Below, piece after piece: positions 18,750-27,704 of a DNA stretch of 62,735 nucleotides. Positions within the stretch are counted from its first letter, which is position 1. Each line of letters begins with the position of its first letter. The notes under the pieces were generated by a model, which was given only the letters and a program-made list of their open reading frames with translations, ran no database searches and was not told where the DNA came from. A program made the position numbers and the translations under genes. This DNA comes from a virus. Its lineage: Duplodnaviria > Caudoviricetes. Where the stretch lies: positions 1 through 62,735 of IMG/VR virus record IMGVR_UViG_3300002461_000940; one strand, written 5' to 3'.

Positions 18750-20153
18750 GTGAACATGCTCAACGTCGACTACCGCAAGGTCGAGACGCTGATCCCCTAC
18801 GCCCGCAATCCGCGGACCCACTCCGACGCGCAGGTGGCCAAGATCGCCGCCAGCATCGTCGAGTACGGCTGGACCAACCCGGTGCTGGTCGATGGCGACA
18901 ACGGCGTCATCGCCGGCCACGGTCGATTGGCGGCGGCGCGCAAGTTGGGCCTGGACGAGGTGCCGGTGATCGAGCTGGGCCACCTGTCGCCGGCACAGAA
19001 GCGCGCCTACGTGATCTCGGACAACCGCCTGGCGCTGGACGCCGGCTGGGACGAGGAACTGCTGGCGCTGGAGATCGCTGAGTTGTCCGAGGCCGGGTAC
19101 GACCTCGCGCTGACTGGCTTCGACGATGCCGAGATCCAGGGCTTACTCGCGGACAACGACGGCGAAGACGAGGGCGCGAAGGACGACGGCGCGCCTGACG
19201 CGGCTGACGACGTCCCCGATGCACCGGCCGTGCCCGTATCGCGGGCCGGCGACGTGTGGGCCCTTGGGCAGCACCGGCTGATCTGTGGTGATGCCACCAA
19301 CGCCGCCGTCGTCACCAGCCTCTTGCAGGGCGAACGCGCCCGCCTGTGCTTCACCTCGCCGCCCTACGGCAACCAGCGCGACTACACCAGCGGTGGCATC
19401 GGGGACTGGGACGGCTTGATGCGCGGCGTGTTCGCCAACCTGCCGATGACCGACGACGGCCAGGTGTTGGTCAATCTCGGGCTGATCCACCGCGACAACG
19501 AGTTCATCCCTTACTGGGACGCCTGGCTCGGCTGGATGCGCACGCAGGACTGGCGCCGCTTCGCCTGGTATGTCTGGGACCAGGGGCCCGGGATGCCCGG
19601 CGACTGGTCCGGTCGGTTCGCGCCGAGCTTCGAGTTCGTCTTCCACTTCAATCGCAGCAGCCGCAAGCCGAACAAGATCGTCCCCTGCAAACACGCCGGC
19701 CAGGAATCGCATCTGCGTGCGGACGGCTCGTCCACGGCCATGCGCAGCAAGGAGGGCGAGGTCGGTGGCTGGACGCATGCTGGCCAACCTACCCAGGACA
19801 GTCGCATCCCGGACTCGGTGATCCGCGTCATGCGCCACAAGGGCAAGATCGGCAAGGACATCGACCACCCGGCCGTCTTCCCGGTCGCGCTTCCCGAGTT
19901 CGTGGTCCAGGCCTTCACGGACCGCGGTGACCTGGTGTTCGAGCCGTTCGGCGGCAGCGGCACGACCATGCTCGCCGCCGAGCGAACGGGCCGAGTGTGT
20001 CGCAGCGTAGAGATTGCGCCGGAGTACGTCGACGTGGCCGTTCGGCGCTTCCAGCAGAACCATCCCGGCGTTCCGGTCACCCTCGTGGCGACCGGGCAGT
20101 CGTTCGATGAGGTCACCAAGGAGCGGCTGTTCCTCGTGGAGGCAGCCCGATGA
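18750..20153 (+). CDS. ParB-N-terminal DNA methyltransferase (SPPY, probably N4-C)
   Basis: PYARNPRTH, GHGRLAAA, TSPPY, HPAVFP, FEPFGGSGTT. Confidence 0.92.
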   Translation: MNMLNVDYRKVETLIPYARNPRTHSDAQVAKIAASIVEYGWTNPVLVDGDNGVIAGHGRLAAARKLGLDEVPVIELGHLSPAQKRAYVISDNRLALDAGWDEELLALEIAELSEAGYDLALTGFDDAEIQGLLADNDGEDEGAKDDGAPDAADDVPDAPAVPVSRAGDVWALGQHRLICGDATNAAVVTSLLQGERARLCFTSPPYGNQRDYTSGGIGDWDGLMRGVFANLPMTDDGQVLVNLGLIHRDNEFIPYWDAWLGWMRTQDWRRFAWYVWDQGPGMPGDWSGRFAPSFEFVFHFNRSSRKPNKIVPCKHAGQESHLRADGSSTAMRSKEGEVGGWTHAGQPTQDSRIPDSVIRVMRHKGKIGKDIDHPAVFPVALPEFVVQAFTDRGDLVFEPFGGSGTTMLAAERTGRVCRSVEIAPEYVDVAVRRFQQNHPGVPVTLVATGQSFDEVTKERLFLVEAAR

Positions 20154-21418
20154 GTGCCTCCTGGCTGGCCGACAAGATCGAGCAGTGGCCGACAGTCAAG
20201 CTGCTGCCCTACGCCCGCAACGCCCGCACGCATTCACCCGAGCAGGTGGCGCAGATCGCCGCCTCGATCGCCGAGTTCGGTTTCACGAATCCGATCCTGG
20301 CGGGTAGCGACGGCGTGATCGTGGCCGGGCACGGCCGGCTGGCCGCAGCCCAGAAGCTCGGGCTGGACATCGTGCCGGTCGTTGTGCTGGACCACTTGAA
20401 TCCCAACCAGCGCCGCGCGCTGGTGATTGCCGACAACCGTATCGCCGAGAACGCGGGCTGGGATGAAGCCATGCTGCGGGTCGAACTGGCCGCCCTCCAG
20501 GGTGACGACTTCGATCTCTCGCTCACCGGCTTCGATGCCGATGCCCTGGCCGAGCTGATGGCAGGCGACGGTAGTGACGGCGAGGGCGGGACCGATGATG
20601 ACGCCGTGCCCGAGGTCGCCGAGACGCCGATCTCACGACCCGGCGACGTCTGGTTGATGGGTGGGCACCGCGTGCTGTGCGGCGATGCCACCTTGACCGA
20701 CAGCTACGGCCGGCTCCTGGGCGGCGAGTTGGTGGACATGGTCTTCACCGACCCGCCCTACAACGTCAACTACGCCAACAGCGCCAAGGACAAGATGCGC
20801 GGCAAGGACCGCGCGATCCTGAACGACAACCTGGGTGATGGCTTCTACGACTTCCTGCTCGCGGCCTTGACGCCGACCATCGCCAGCTCCCGCGGCGCGG
20901 TCTACGTGGCGATGTCTTCCAGCGAACTCGACGTGCTGCAGGCCGCCTTCCGTGCCGCTGGTGGCCACTGGTCGACTTTCATCATCTGGGCCAAGAACAC
21001 CTTCACCCTTGGCCGCGCCGATTACCAGCGCCAGTACGAGCCGATCCTGTATGGCTGGTCCGAGGGCGGGCAGCGTCACTGGTGCGGCGACCGCGACCAG
21101 GGTGACGTCTGGAACATCAAGAAGCCGCAGAAGAACGATTTGCACCCGACGATGAAGCCGGTGGAGCTGGTCGAGCGCGCGATCCGCAACTCCAGCCGGC
21201 CGGGCAATATGGTGCTCGACCCGTTCGGCGGCTCAGGCACGACGCTGATCGCCGCCGAAAAGTCGGGGCGACTGGCGAGGCTGATCGAACTGGACCCCAA
21301 GTACGTCGACGTGATCGTGCGTCGATGGCAGGACTGGACCGGGCAGAAGGCCACCCGTGAGTCCGATGGCCTGGACTTTGATCAAGCTGCGTGCGATTCG
21401 TCGACGATCTCGCAGTGA
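20150..21418 (+). CDS. ParB-N-terminal DNA methyltransferase (DPPY, probably N6-A)
   Basis: PYARNARTH, TDPPYN, HPTMKP, LDPFGGSGTT. Confidence 0.92.
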   Translation: MSASWLADKIEQWPTVKLLPYARNARTHSPEQVAQIAASIAEFGFTNPILAGSDGVIVAGHGRLAAAQKLGLDIVPVVVLDHLNPNQRRALVIADNRIAENAGWDEAMLRVELAALQGDDFDLSLTGFDADALAELMAGDGSDGEGGTDDDAVPEVAETPISRPGDVWLMGGHRVLCGDATLTDSYGRLLGGELVDMVFTDPPYNVNYANSAKDKMRGKDRAILNDNLGDGFYDFLLAALTPTIASSRGAVYVAMSSSELDVLQAAFRAAGGHWSTFIIWAKNTFTLGRADYQRQYEPILYGWSEGGQRHWCGDRDQGDVWNIKKPQKNDLHPTMKPVELVERAIRNSSRPGNMVLDPFGGSGTTLIAAEKSGRLARLIELDPKYVDVIVRRWQDWTGQKATRESDGLDFDQAACDSSTISQ

Positions 21419-21750
21419 ATCACGAAGCCCGTCAGGTAGGGCAGGCCGCGCGGGATGCCGTAGTCCTTGCTGGTCTGGCGTCCGATGGTCCAGCCCATCC
21501 ATTGCTGGGTGGCGGCGTTGATCGCGTCCGGCAGGGTCTGGCCCCGGTACAGCGCGTTCTGAACGTCGTCCGCAAAGTGCCGCCCGTGGCGGCTGTCCAG
21601 GAAGATCCGGACCGACTCCAAAGGCTCGCCGGTGGCATCGGCGATCGCGGTCATTGCCAAGGGCCAGGCTGCGGTCGCCAGCTCGTCCATCGTGTTCCAG
21701 AATCCCCAGGCGTCGTTCTGGGTGGCGGGGATCTGTGTTGTGGTGGTCAT
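21382..21750 (-). CDS. Small hypothetical protein
   Basis: MTTTTQIPATQNDAWGFW...FLDSRHGRHFADDV; GGAG SD; preceded by the conserved motif. Confidence 0.75.
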   Translation of the reverse strand: MTTTTQIPATQNDAWGFWNTMDELATAAWPLAMTAIADATGEPLESVRIFLDSRHGRHFADDVQNALYRGQTLPDAINAATQQWMGWTIGRQTSKDYGIPRGLPYLTGFVIHCEIVDESHAA

Positions 21751-21786
21751 CTCGGGCTCCGTGGCGTTGGTCGTTGCGATGCTTGT

Positions 21787-21818
21787 AGTAACGCGCTGTT
21801 GGGTCGGGAAGCCAAGCT
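21787..21818 (-). promoter_or_regulatory. 32-bp conserved motif, copy 1
   Basis: AGCTTGGCTTC-ccgaccc-AACAGCGCGTTACT on the minus strand. Confidence 0.75.
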
Positions 21819-21847
21819 CTTTGGTGCGACGAATTCGAGCTTCTTCA

Positions 21848-22207
21848 TCAACCCAGGCGCGCCACGTAGCGGGCGTAGTCACTGCCCTCGGGATTGACGT
21901 ACAGACGCGGGCGCCCGGGCGCGGTCACCTCTACGCATAGCTGACCGCCGTCTGCGCTGCCACCTTTGCCGCGGAGCCAATCGCGGGACGCCAGCAGGCG
22001 GCTGGCAAACGCATCGAACTCCGCCGGCGTGAGTTCCCGGGTTTCGGTGACGTAGACCTTGTCCTGTCCGTGCCCACCAACCTCGCTCAGGTCGACAGGC
22101 TTGCGGGCGAAGGGCAGCCGCACACCCAACTCCTCGACCTGGACGGCGGTGTCGCCGAATTGCAGGACGCGAGTGGTGCGCTCGATGGTGATGGTCATGC
22201 TGCTCAT
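21848..22207 (-). CDS. Small hypothetical protein (DUF6329-like C-terminus)
   Basis: MSSMTITIER...LYVNPEGSDYARYVA. Confidence 0.7.
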   Translation of the reverse strand: MSSMTITIERTTRVLQFGDTAVQVEELGVRLPFARKPVDLSEVGGHGQDKVYVTETRELTPAEFDAFASRLLASRDWLRGKGGSADGGQLCVEVTAPGRPRLYVNPEGSDYARYVARLG

Positions 22208-22224
22208 CGGTGTGCCCTCGTTGC

Positions 22225-22740
22225 TCAGGCGATGCGGTAGACGCGATCGCCGCCCTGGGCCTTGTCGGAGACCAGGTTCAAGCCAAGCTTCTTCTTGAAG
22301 GCGCCGGCGAAGGTGCCGCGTACCGTGTGCGCCTGCCAGCCGGTGGCCTCGCAGAGTTGCTTCACCGTCGCGCCCTCGGGCCGGCGCAGCATCTGGATCA
22401 CGGCGGCCTGCTTGCTGTGCTCGCGGGTGCGGGGCTTGGCCTCGGCGCGTTCCTTGGCCCACGAGGCCTCTGCGGCCGCCACAGCGGCCTCGACCTCGGG
22501 GTCGGCATCCAAGGGCGCAGGCGCGGGACGGGCGCGCCCCAGGGCGTCGTAGCCTTCGGGCGAGACGGTGTAGGCGGTGCCGTCCTGGTTGATGAGGTGA
22601 CGCTTGCTCAGGCCTTCCAGCACCTTGGTGCGGGCCCCGCCTTTGACGTTGTCGGGAAACCATTCGATCTTGCCGCTGGTGTGCTCGATGGCGTAGGCCA
22701 GGATGGCGTGCTGTGCAGGGGTCAGTTGGATGCTGGTCAT
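22225..22740 (-). CDS. DUF3489 family wHTH protein
   Basis: SKQAAVIQMLRRPEGAT...TGWQAHTVRG..AG..KKKLGL. Confidence 0.88.
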   Translation of the reverse strand: MTSIQLTPAQHAILAYAIEHTSGKIEWFPDNVKGGARTKVLEGLSKRHLINQDGTAYTVSPEGYDALGRARPAPAPLDADPEVEAAVAAAEASWAKERAEAKPRTREHSKQAAVIQMLRRPEGATVKQLCEATGWQAHTVRGTFAGAFKKKLGLNLVSDKAQGGDRVYRIA

Positions 22741-22774
22741 GTGTTGCTCCGGTGGGGGTTGATCGGGTGAGTTG

Positions 22775-22806
22775 ATGAACGCGCTGTTCGGAAGTGAAGC
22801 CAAGCG
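22775..22806 (-). promoter_or_regulatory. 32-bp conserved motif, copy 2
   Basis: CGCTTGGCTTC-acttccg-AACAGCGCGTTCAT on the minus strand. Confidence 0.75.
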
Positions 22807-22833
22807 CTTTCTGATGGGTTTGTCGTCGCTTGA

Positions 22834-23025
22834 TCAGCAGGTGGTCTTGCTAGCTGCTTGGCGCGCTTGCTCGACGCCCGCGTTGAAGGCGGCTTCGAGT
22901 GCATCACGCAGCGTCCAGACGGCGACCTCGTGGAAGTCCAGGCTGTCGGACTTGCGTGTCTGCAAGGTCTCGATGTCGAGGTGCTTGCTGGCGATCTCGG
23001 CGAGGAGCTTGTCGATCGGGGTCAT
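22834..23025 (-). CDS. DUF6900-like small protein
   Basis: IASKHLDIETLQTRKSDSLDFHEVAVW.LRDALEAAFNAG. Confidence 0.8.
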   Translation of the reverse strand: MTPIDKLLAEIASKHLDIETLQTRKSDSLDFHEVAVWTLRDALEAAFNAGVEQARQAASKTTC

Positions 23026-23059
23026 GTTGGCGTCCTGTGGTGCGTGGGTTGATGGACGT

Positions 23060-23091
23060 ATGAACGCGCTGTTCAGCGGTGAAGCCAAGCT
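23060..23091 (-). promoter_or_regulatory. 32-bp conserved motif, copy 3
   Basis: AGCTTGGCTTC-accgctg-AACAGCGCGTTCAT on the minus strand. Confidence 0.75.
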
Positions 23092-23111
23092 CTTTCTGCT
23101 TGGCTCGGCGA

Positions 23112-23381
23112 TCAGCGATTGATTTCGCGCAGGACGCGCAAGCCCTCCTGGGCGAGGGTGAGCGCCGCCGTCTGGAAGGCGATCTCGGCCATCCAGGGCG
23201 CCGCCTTGGCATCGGCGAGCAACTCGTCGACGACGGGCTTGGACTTCGCCCGCATCGCGACGCACGCCGCTTCGAGTTGGTCGTTGCTTGCGTTACGCGT
23301 TTCCGGGCAGATCCGCACCAGCACCGTGAGGGCGGCTTGGCCCAAGCGCTGGCCCAGGGTGTCGATCGCTGCGTGGTTCAT
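23112..23381 (-). CDS. Small hypothetical protein
   Basis: 89 aa, SD GAAGGA, preceded by the motif. Confidence 0.7.
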   Translation of the reverse strand: MNHAAIDTLGQRLGQAALTVLVRICPETRNASNDQLEAACVAMRAKSKPVVDELLADAKAAPWMAEIAFQTAALTLAQEGLRVLREINR

Positions 23382-23416
23382 GTCAGGGTCCTTCGAGGGG
23401 GTGTGGCGACGACTTG

Positions 23417-23448
23417 ATGAACGCGCTGTTCTCGATGGAAGCCAAGCT
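23417..23448 (-). promoter_or_regulatory. 32-bp conserved motif, copy 4
   Basis: AGCTTGGCTTC-catcgag-AACAGCGCGTTCAT on the minus strand. Confidence 0.75.
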
Positions 23449-23486
23449 CAATCTGCCCGCTGACCCAGGATTCATTGAGACGACCG

Positions 23487-24017
23487 ATGGGGATTTCGAT
23501 CCGGGCCTACGCGAGACACCGAGGGGTGACCGACACCTCGGTCCACAAGGCGATCCGAGCCGGTCGCATCACGCCGGAAGGGGACGGCACGATCGACGCT
23601 GCTCGGGCCGACGCCGAATGGGCCCGCAACTCCGACGCACCCCGGGTCGGCACGCGCAGCAAGCCGGTGCGCGTCGCTGTCCCCGAGCCCGCGGCCGAAG
23701 CACCGGCCACATTGCCTGGAAGTTCGGGCACATCACTACTGCAGGCCCGCACCGTCAACGAGGTCGTCAAGGCGCAGACGAACAAGGTGCGGCTCGCTCG
23801 ACTCAAGGGCGAACTGGTGGATCGCCCGCAGGCGATCGCGCATGTCTTCAAGTTGGCGCGGTCAGAGCGCGACGCCTGGTTGAACTGGCCGGCGCGGATC
23901 TCGGCACAGATGGCCGCACGCCTCGGCATCGAGCCGCACACGATGCACGTTGCGCTGGAGGCCGCGGTGCGCGAGCACCTTCAAGAGTTGGGCGAGTTGC
24001 GGCCCCGGGTGGACTGA
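23487..24017 (+). CDS. Terminase small subunit
   Basis: N-terminal HTH MGISIRAYARHRGV; coiled coil LARLKGELVDR; coupled to the large subunit. Confidence 0.85.
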   Translation: MGISIRAYARHRGVTDTSVHKAIRAGRITPEGDGTIDAARADAEWARNSDAPRVGTRSKPVRVAVPEPAAEAPATLPGSSGTSLLQARTVNEVVKAQTNKVRLARLKGELVDRPQAIAHVFKLARSERDAWLNWPARISAQMAARLGIEPHTMHVALEAAVREHLQELGELRPRVD

Positions 24018-25987
24018 TGCTGGACCTGGACTACGAAGGTGCGGCGGAGATCGAACGCGCCTGGCGCGAAGGCCTGACGCCGGATCCCTTGCTCTCGGTC
24101 TCCGAGTGGTCGGACCGCCACCGCATGCTCTCCAGCAAGGCCTCGGCCGAGCCGGGGCGCTGGCGAACCAGCCGCACGCCGTACCTCAAGGCCATCATGG
24201 ACTGCCTGTCGCCGACCTCACCGGTCGAGCGTGTGGTGTTCATGAAGGCGGCGCAGCTCGGTGCGACGGAGATGGGCTCGAACTGGATCGGCTACGTGAT
24301 CCACCACGCGCCCGGTCCGATGATGGCCGTGTGGCCGACCGTGGAGATGGCCAAGCGCAACTCCAAGCAGCGCATCGACCCGCTGATCGAAGAGTCCGGC
24401 GTGCTGGCCGCGTTGATCGCACCGGCGCGCAGCCGGGACTCGGGCAACACCATCCTGGCCAAGGAGTTCCGCGGCGGCGTGCTGGTGATGACCGGCGCCA
24501 ACAGCGCGGTGGGCTTGCGCTCGATGCCGGTGCGCTACCTGTTCCTCGACGAGGTGGACGGCTATCCCCTGGACGTCGAGGGTGAAGGCGACGCGATCTC
24601 GCTGGCCGAGGCGCGCACCCGCACCTTTGCGCGTCGCAAGATCTTCATCGTTTCGACGCCCACGATCTCGGGTGTCAGCGCGATCGAGCGGGAGTACGAG
24701 GCCAGCGATCAGCGGCGCTACTTCGTGCCGTGTCCGCACTGCTCGCATCGTCAGTGGTTGCGTTTCGAGCAACTGCGCTGGGACAAAAGCCAGCCCGACA
24801 CGGCGGCCTACCGCTGCGAGTCCTGCGAAGTGCCGATCGCCGAGCACCACAAGACCTGGATGCTCGAACACGGCGAGTGGCGGGCGATGACACCTGAGAA
24901 CGGCATCAAGACGGCGGGCTTCCACCTGTCTTCGCTATACAGCCCTGTGGGCTGGCGCAGCTGGCGTGAGATTGCTGTGGCCTGGGAGGCGGCGGTGAGC
25001 AAGGAGTCGGGATCGGCAGCGGCCATCAAGACCTTCAAGAACACCGAGCTCGGCGAGACCTGGGTTGAGGAAGGCGAGGCGCCGGACTGGCAACGGCTGA
25101 TCGAGCGGCGCGAGGACTACCGCGTCGGCACCGTGCCACAGGGTGGATTGCTGCTGGTCGGTGGTGCCGACGTTCAGAAGGATCGCATCGAGGCCTCGAT
25201 CTGGGCCTTCGGGCGCAGCAAAGAGGCGTGGCTGGTCGAGCACCGGGTGCTGATGGGCGACACCGCCCGCGACACAGTCTGGACCCAACTCGAGGCCCTG
25301 CTCGGTGAGCAATGGACGCACGAGAGTGGCGCCACCCTCCCGCTGGCCCGCTTCGCCCTGGATACGGGATTTGCGACCCAGGACGCCTACGCCTTCGTGC
25401 GCGCCTGCCGGGATGCGCGGGTGATGGCCGTCAAGGGCGCTGCCCGTGGCGCTGCGTTGATCGGCACGCCGACCGCAGTCGACGTCACCCGTGGTGGTCG
25501 CAAGCTGCGCCGCGGCATCAAGGTGTTTTCGGTGGCGGTCGGCATCGCCAAGCTGGAGCTCTACAACAACCTGCGCAAGAGCGCGTTGGTGGCAGATGAC
25601 GGGGTGAGCACGATGTTCCCCTCTGGCTTCGTTCACCTGCCCAAGATCGACGGCGAGTTCATTCAGCAACTGTGCGCCGAGCAGTTGATCACGCGGCGGG
25701 ACCGTAACGGATTTCCGGTCCGAGAGTGGCAAAAGGTGCGCGAGCGCAACGAGGCCCTGGACTGCTACGTCTACGCGCGTGCGGCTGCCGCGGCCGCCGG
25801 ACTCGACCGCTTCGAGGAGCGCCACTGGTGCGAGATGGAACGACAGCTGGGGATCGCGCGGCCACCCGATATGGCGCCAGCCATCCAGCCACTCGACAAC
25901 CCCGAGGCCACCCACAGCGGTGGCCTCGCTACTTCTGGCACCTCCAAGACAAGCCGGCGCGTCATCCGCAGCCGCTGGCTGAGTTGA
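24017..25987 (+). CDS. Terminase large subunit, lambda GpA family
   Basis: EPGRW...RTPYL, KAAQLGATE, LFLDEVDGY, STPT, GADVQ, NEALDC. Confidence 0.95.
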   Translation: MLDLDYEGAAEIERAWREGLTPDPLLSVSEWSDRHRMLSSKASAEPGRWRTSRTPYLKAIMDCLSPTSPVERVVFMKAAQLGATEMGSNWIGYVIHHAPGPMMAVWPTVEMAKRNSKQRIDPLIEESGVLAALIAPARSRDSGNTILAKEFRGGVLVMTGANSAVGLRSMPVRYLFLDEVDGYPLDVEGEGDAISLAEARTRTFARRKIFIVSTPTISGVSAIEREYEASDQRRYFVPCPHCSHRQWLRFEQLRWDKSQPDTAAYRCESCEVPIAEHHKTWMLEHGEWRAMTPENGIKTAGFHLSSLYSPVGWRSWREIAVAWEAAVSKESGSAAAIKTFKNTELGETWVEEGEAPDWQRLIERREDYRVGTVPQGGLLLVGGADVQKDRIEASIWAFGRSKEAWLVEHRVLMGDTARDTVWTQLEALLGEQWTHESGATLPLARFALDTGFATQDAYAFVRACRDARVMAVKGAARGAALIGTPTAVDVTRGGRKLRRGIKVFSVAVGIAKLELYNNLRKSALVADDGVSTMFPSGFVHLPKIDGEFIQQLCAEQLITRRDRNGFPVREWQKVRERNEALDCYVYARAAAAAAGLDRFEERHWCEMERQLGIARPPDMAPAIQPLDNPEATHSGGLATSGTSKTSRRVIRSRWLS

Positions 25988-25997
25988 TGAGCAAGCA

Positions 25998-26207
25998 ATG
26001 ACCTACACCACCACCCAACTCGATGCGCTCAAGCGCGCGCTGGCCACCGGCGAACATCGCGTGAGCTTCGCCGACAAGACGGTCGAGTACCGCTCGATCG
26101 AAGAACTGCGCGCCGCCATCCGGGCCGTCGAGGCCGATCTCGCGCGCAGCGCGGGCAGCCCGGCCAAGCGCCAGATCCGGGTCACCACGTCCAAGGGTCT
26201 GGAATGA
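25998..26207 (+). CDS. GpW-like head-tail joining protein
   Basis: 69 aa between terminase and portal; VSFADKTVEYRSIEEL. Confidence 0.85.
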   Translation: MTYTTTQLDALKRALATGEHRVSFADKTVEYRSIEELRAAIRAVEADLARSAGSPAKRQIRVTTSKGLE

Positions 26208-27703
26208 CCTGGTGGACGCGACTCAGGACGGGTCTGTTCGGCAAGCCGACGCCGACCTATGACGGCATCGGCTCCGGCCGGCGTGCCATGGCATGGCAGG
26301 TCGGCAATCCGGGCGCCGTGGCGGCGCTGGCTTTCAGCCAGAACGAACTGCGCGCCAAGAGCCGCGACCTGGTGCGGCGCAACGCCTGGGCGGCCGCCGG
26401 CGTCGAAGCCTTCGTGGCCAACGCCATCGGGACCGGCATCAAGCCGCAGTCGATGGTCGCCGACCCGGCGCTGCGCGAGGCTATCCAGGCGCTGTGGCGC
26501 GACTGGTGCGAGGAGGCGGATGCCGCCAGCCTGACCGACTTCTACGGCCTGCAGTCACTGGCCTGCCGCGGGTTGCTGGAAGGGGGCGAGTGTCTGGTGC
26601 GCTTGCGCTACCGGCGCCCCGAGGATCGGCTGACGGTGGGGCTGCAGATCCAGGTGCTGGAGCCCGAGCACCTGCCGACGACGATGAACCGTGAACTGGC
26701 TTCGGGCAACGTCATCCGCGCCGGCATCGAGTTCGATCGACTCGGCCGACGTGTGGCCTACCACCTGTACCGCTCGCATCCCGGCGACGGGGCCCTTGCG
26801 CCGATGTCCGGCACCGGCGGCATGGAGACGGTGCGCATCCCCGCCTCCGAGGTCGTCCACCTCTTCCGACCGCTGCGGCCGGGCCAGATCCGTGGCGAGC
26901 CCTGGTTGGCCCGGGCGCTGGTCAAGCTCAACGAGCTCGACCAGTACGACGATGCCGAGCTGGTGCGCAAGAAGACTGCTGCGATGTTCGCCGGCTTCGT
27001 CACCCGCCTGGCGCCCGAGGACAACCTGATGGGGGAAGGCGCTCCAGACGGGCAGGGCGTCTCACTCGCGGGTCTGGAGCCCGGGACCTTGCAGCTGCTG
27101 GAGCCCGGCGAGGACATCAAGTTTTCCGCGCCGGCCGATGTCGGTAGCTCGTATGCGGAGTTCATGCGGCAGCAGTTCCGCGCTGTGGCAGCTGCAATGG
27201 GCATCACCTACGAAATGCTCACGGGCGACCTGACGCAGGTGAACTACTCGTCGATCCGCGCGGGCTTGCTCGAGTTCAGGCGGCGCTGTGAAGCGCTGCA
27301 GCACGGCGTCATCGTGCACCAGCTGTGCCGCCCGATCTGGCACGCCTGGATGGAGCAGGCGGCGATCGAGGGCAGCCTGGCCCTGCCGGGCTTCAGCCGC
27401 AGGCGCCGCGAGTACCTCGCCGCCAAGTGGATCCCGCAAGGCTGGCAGTGGGTCGACCCGAAGAAGGAGTTCGACGCCATGCAGACGGCTATCCGCGCCG
27501 GCCTGCTTTCGCGCTCGCAGGCGATCTCGGCCTTTGGCTACGACGCCGAGGACATCGATCGCGAGATCGCCACCGACAACCAACGCGCGGACGAGCTCGG
27601 TCTCGTCTTCGACTCGGACCCGCGCAGTGACGCCAGACGCATCGACGCCCGTAACACCCACGCCAGCGTCGAGCCGGGCGTCGTTGAACCCCAGGACACC
27701 TGA
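26204..27703 (+). CDS. Portal protein, lambda family
   Basis: LRAKSRDLVRRN, RPGQIRG, NYSSIRAGLLE, WVDPKKE. Confidence 0.95.
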   Translation: MTWWTRLRTGLFGKPTPTYDGIGSGRRAMAWQVGNPGAVAALAFSQNELRAKSRDLVRRNAWAAAGVEAFVANAIGTGIKPQSMVADPALREAIQALWRDWCEEADAASLTDFYGLQSLACRGLLEGGECLVRLRYRRPEDRLTVGLQIQVLEPEHLPTTMNRELASGNVIRAGIEFDRLGRRVAYHLYRSHPGDGALAPMSGTGGMETVRIPASEVVHLFRPLRPGQIRGEPWLARALVKLNELDQYDDAELVRKKTAAMFAGFVTRLAPEDNLMGEGAPDGQGVSLAGLEPGTLQLLEPGEDIKFSAPADVGSSYAEFMRQQFRAVAAAMGITYEMLTGDLTQVNYSSIRAGLLEFRRRCEALQHGVIVHQLCRPIWHAWMEQAAIEGSLALPGFSRRRREYLAAKWIPQGWQWVDPKKEFDAMQTAIRAGLLSRSQAISAFGYDAEDIDREIATDNQRADELGLVFDSDPRSDARRIDARNTHASVEPGVVEPQDT

Positions 27704-27704
27704 C

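Noticed and set aside
22775-22806. Sigma54 promoter or canonical LexA box as the explanation of the motif
   Set aside because: The GC at -12 required 10 nt after the GG is missing, and the motif matches neither CTGT-N8-ACAG nor GAAC-N4-GTTC spacing.
21787-23448. CRISPR array or integron attC sites for the 32-bp repeats
   Set aside because: Repeats are 285-990 bp apart with a variable core and sit at a fixed distance upstream of ATGs. No cas1/cas2, no integron integrase and no long attC hairpin were seen.
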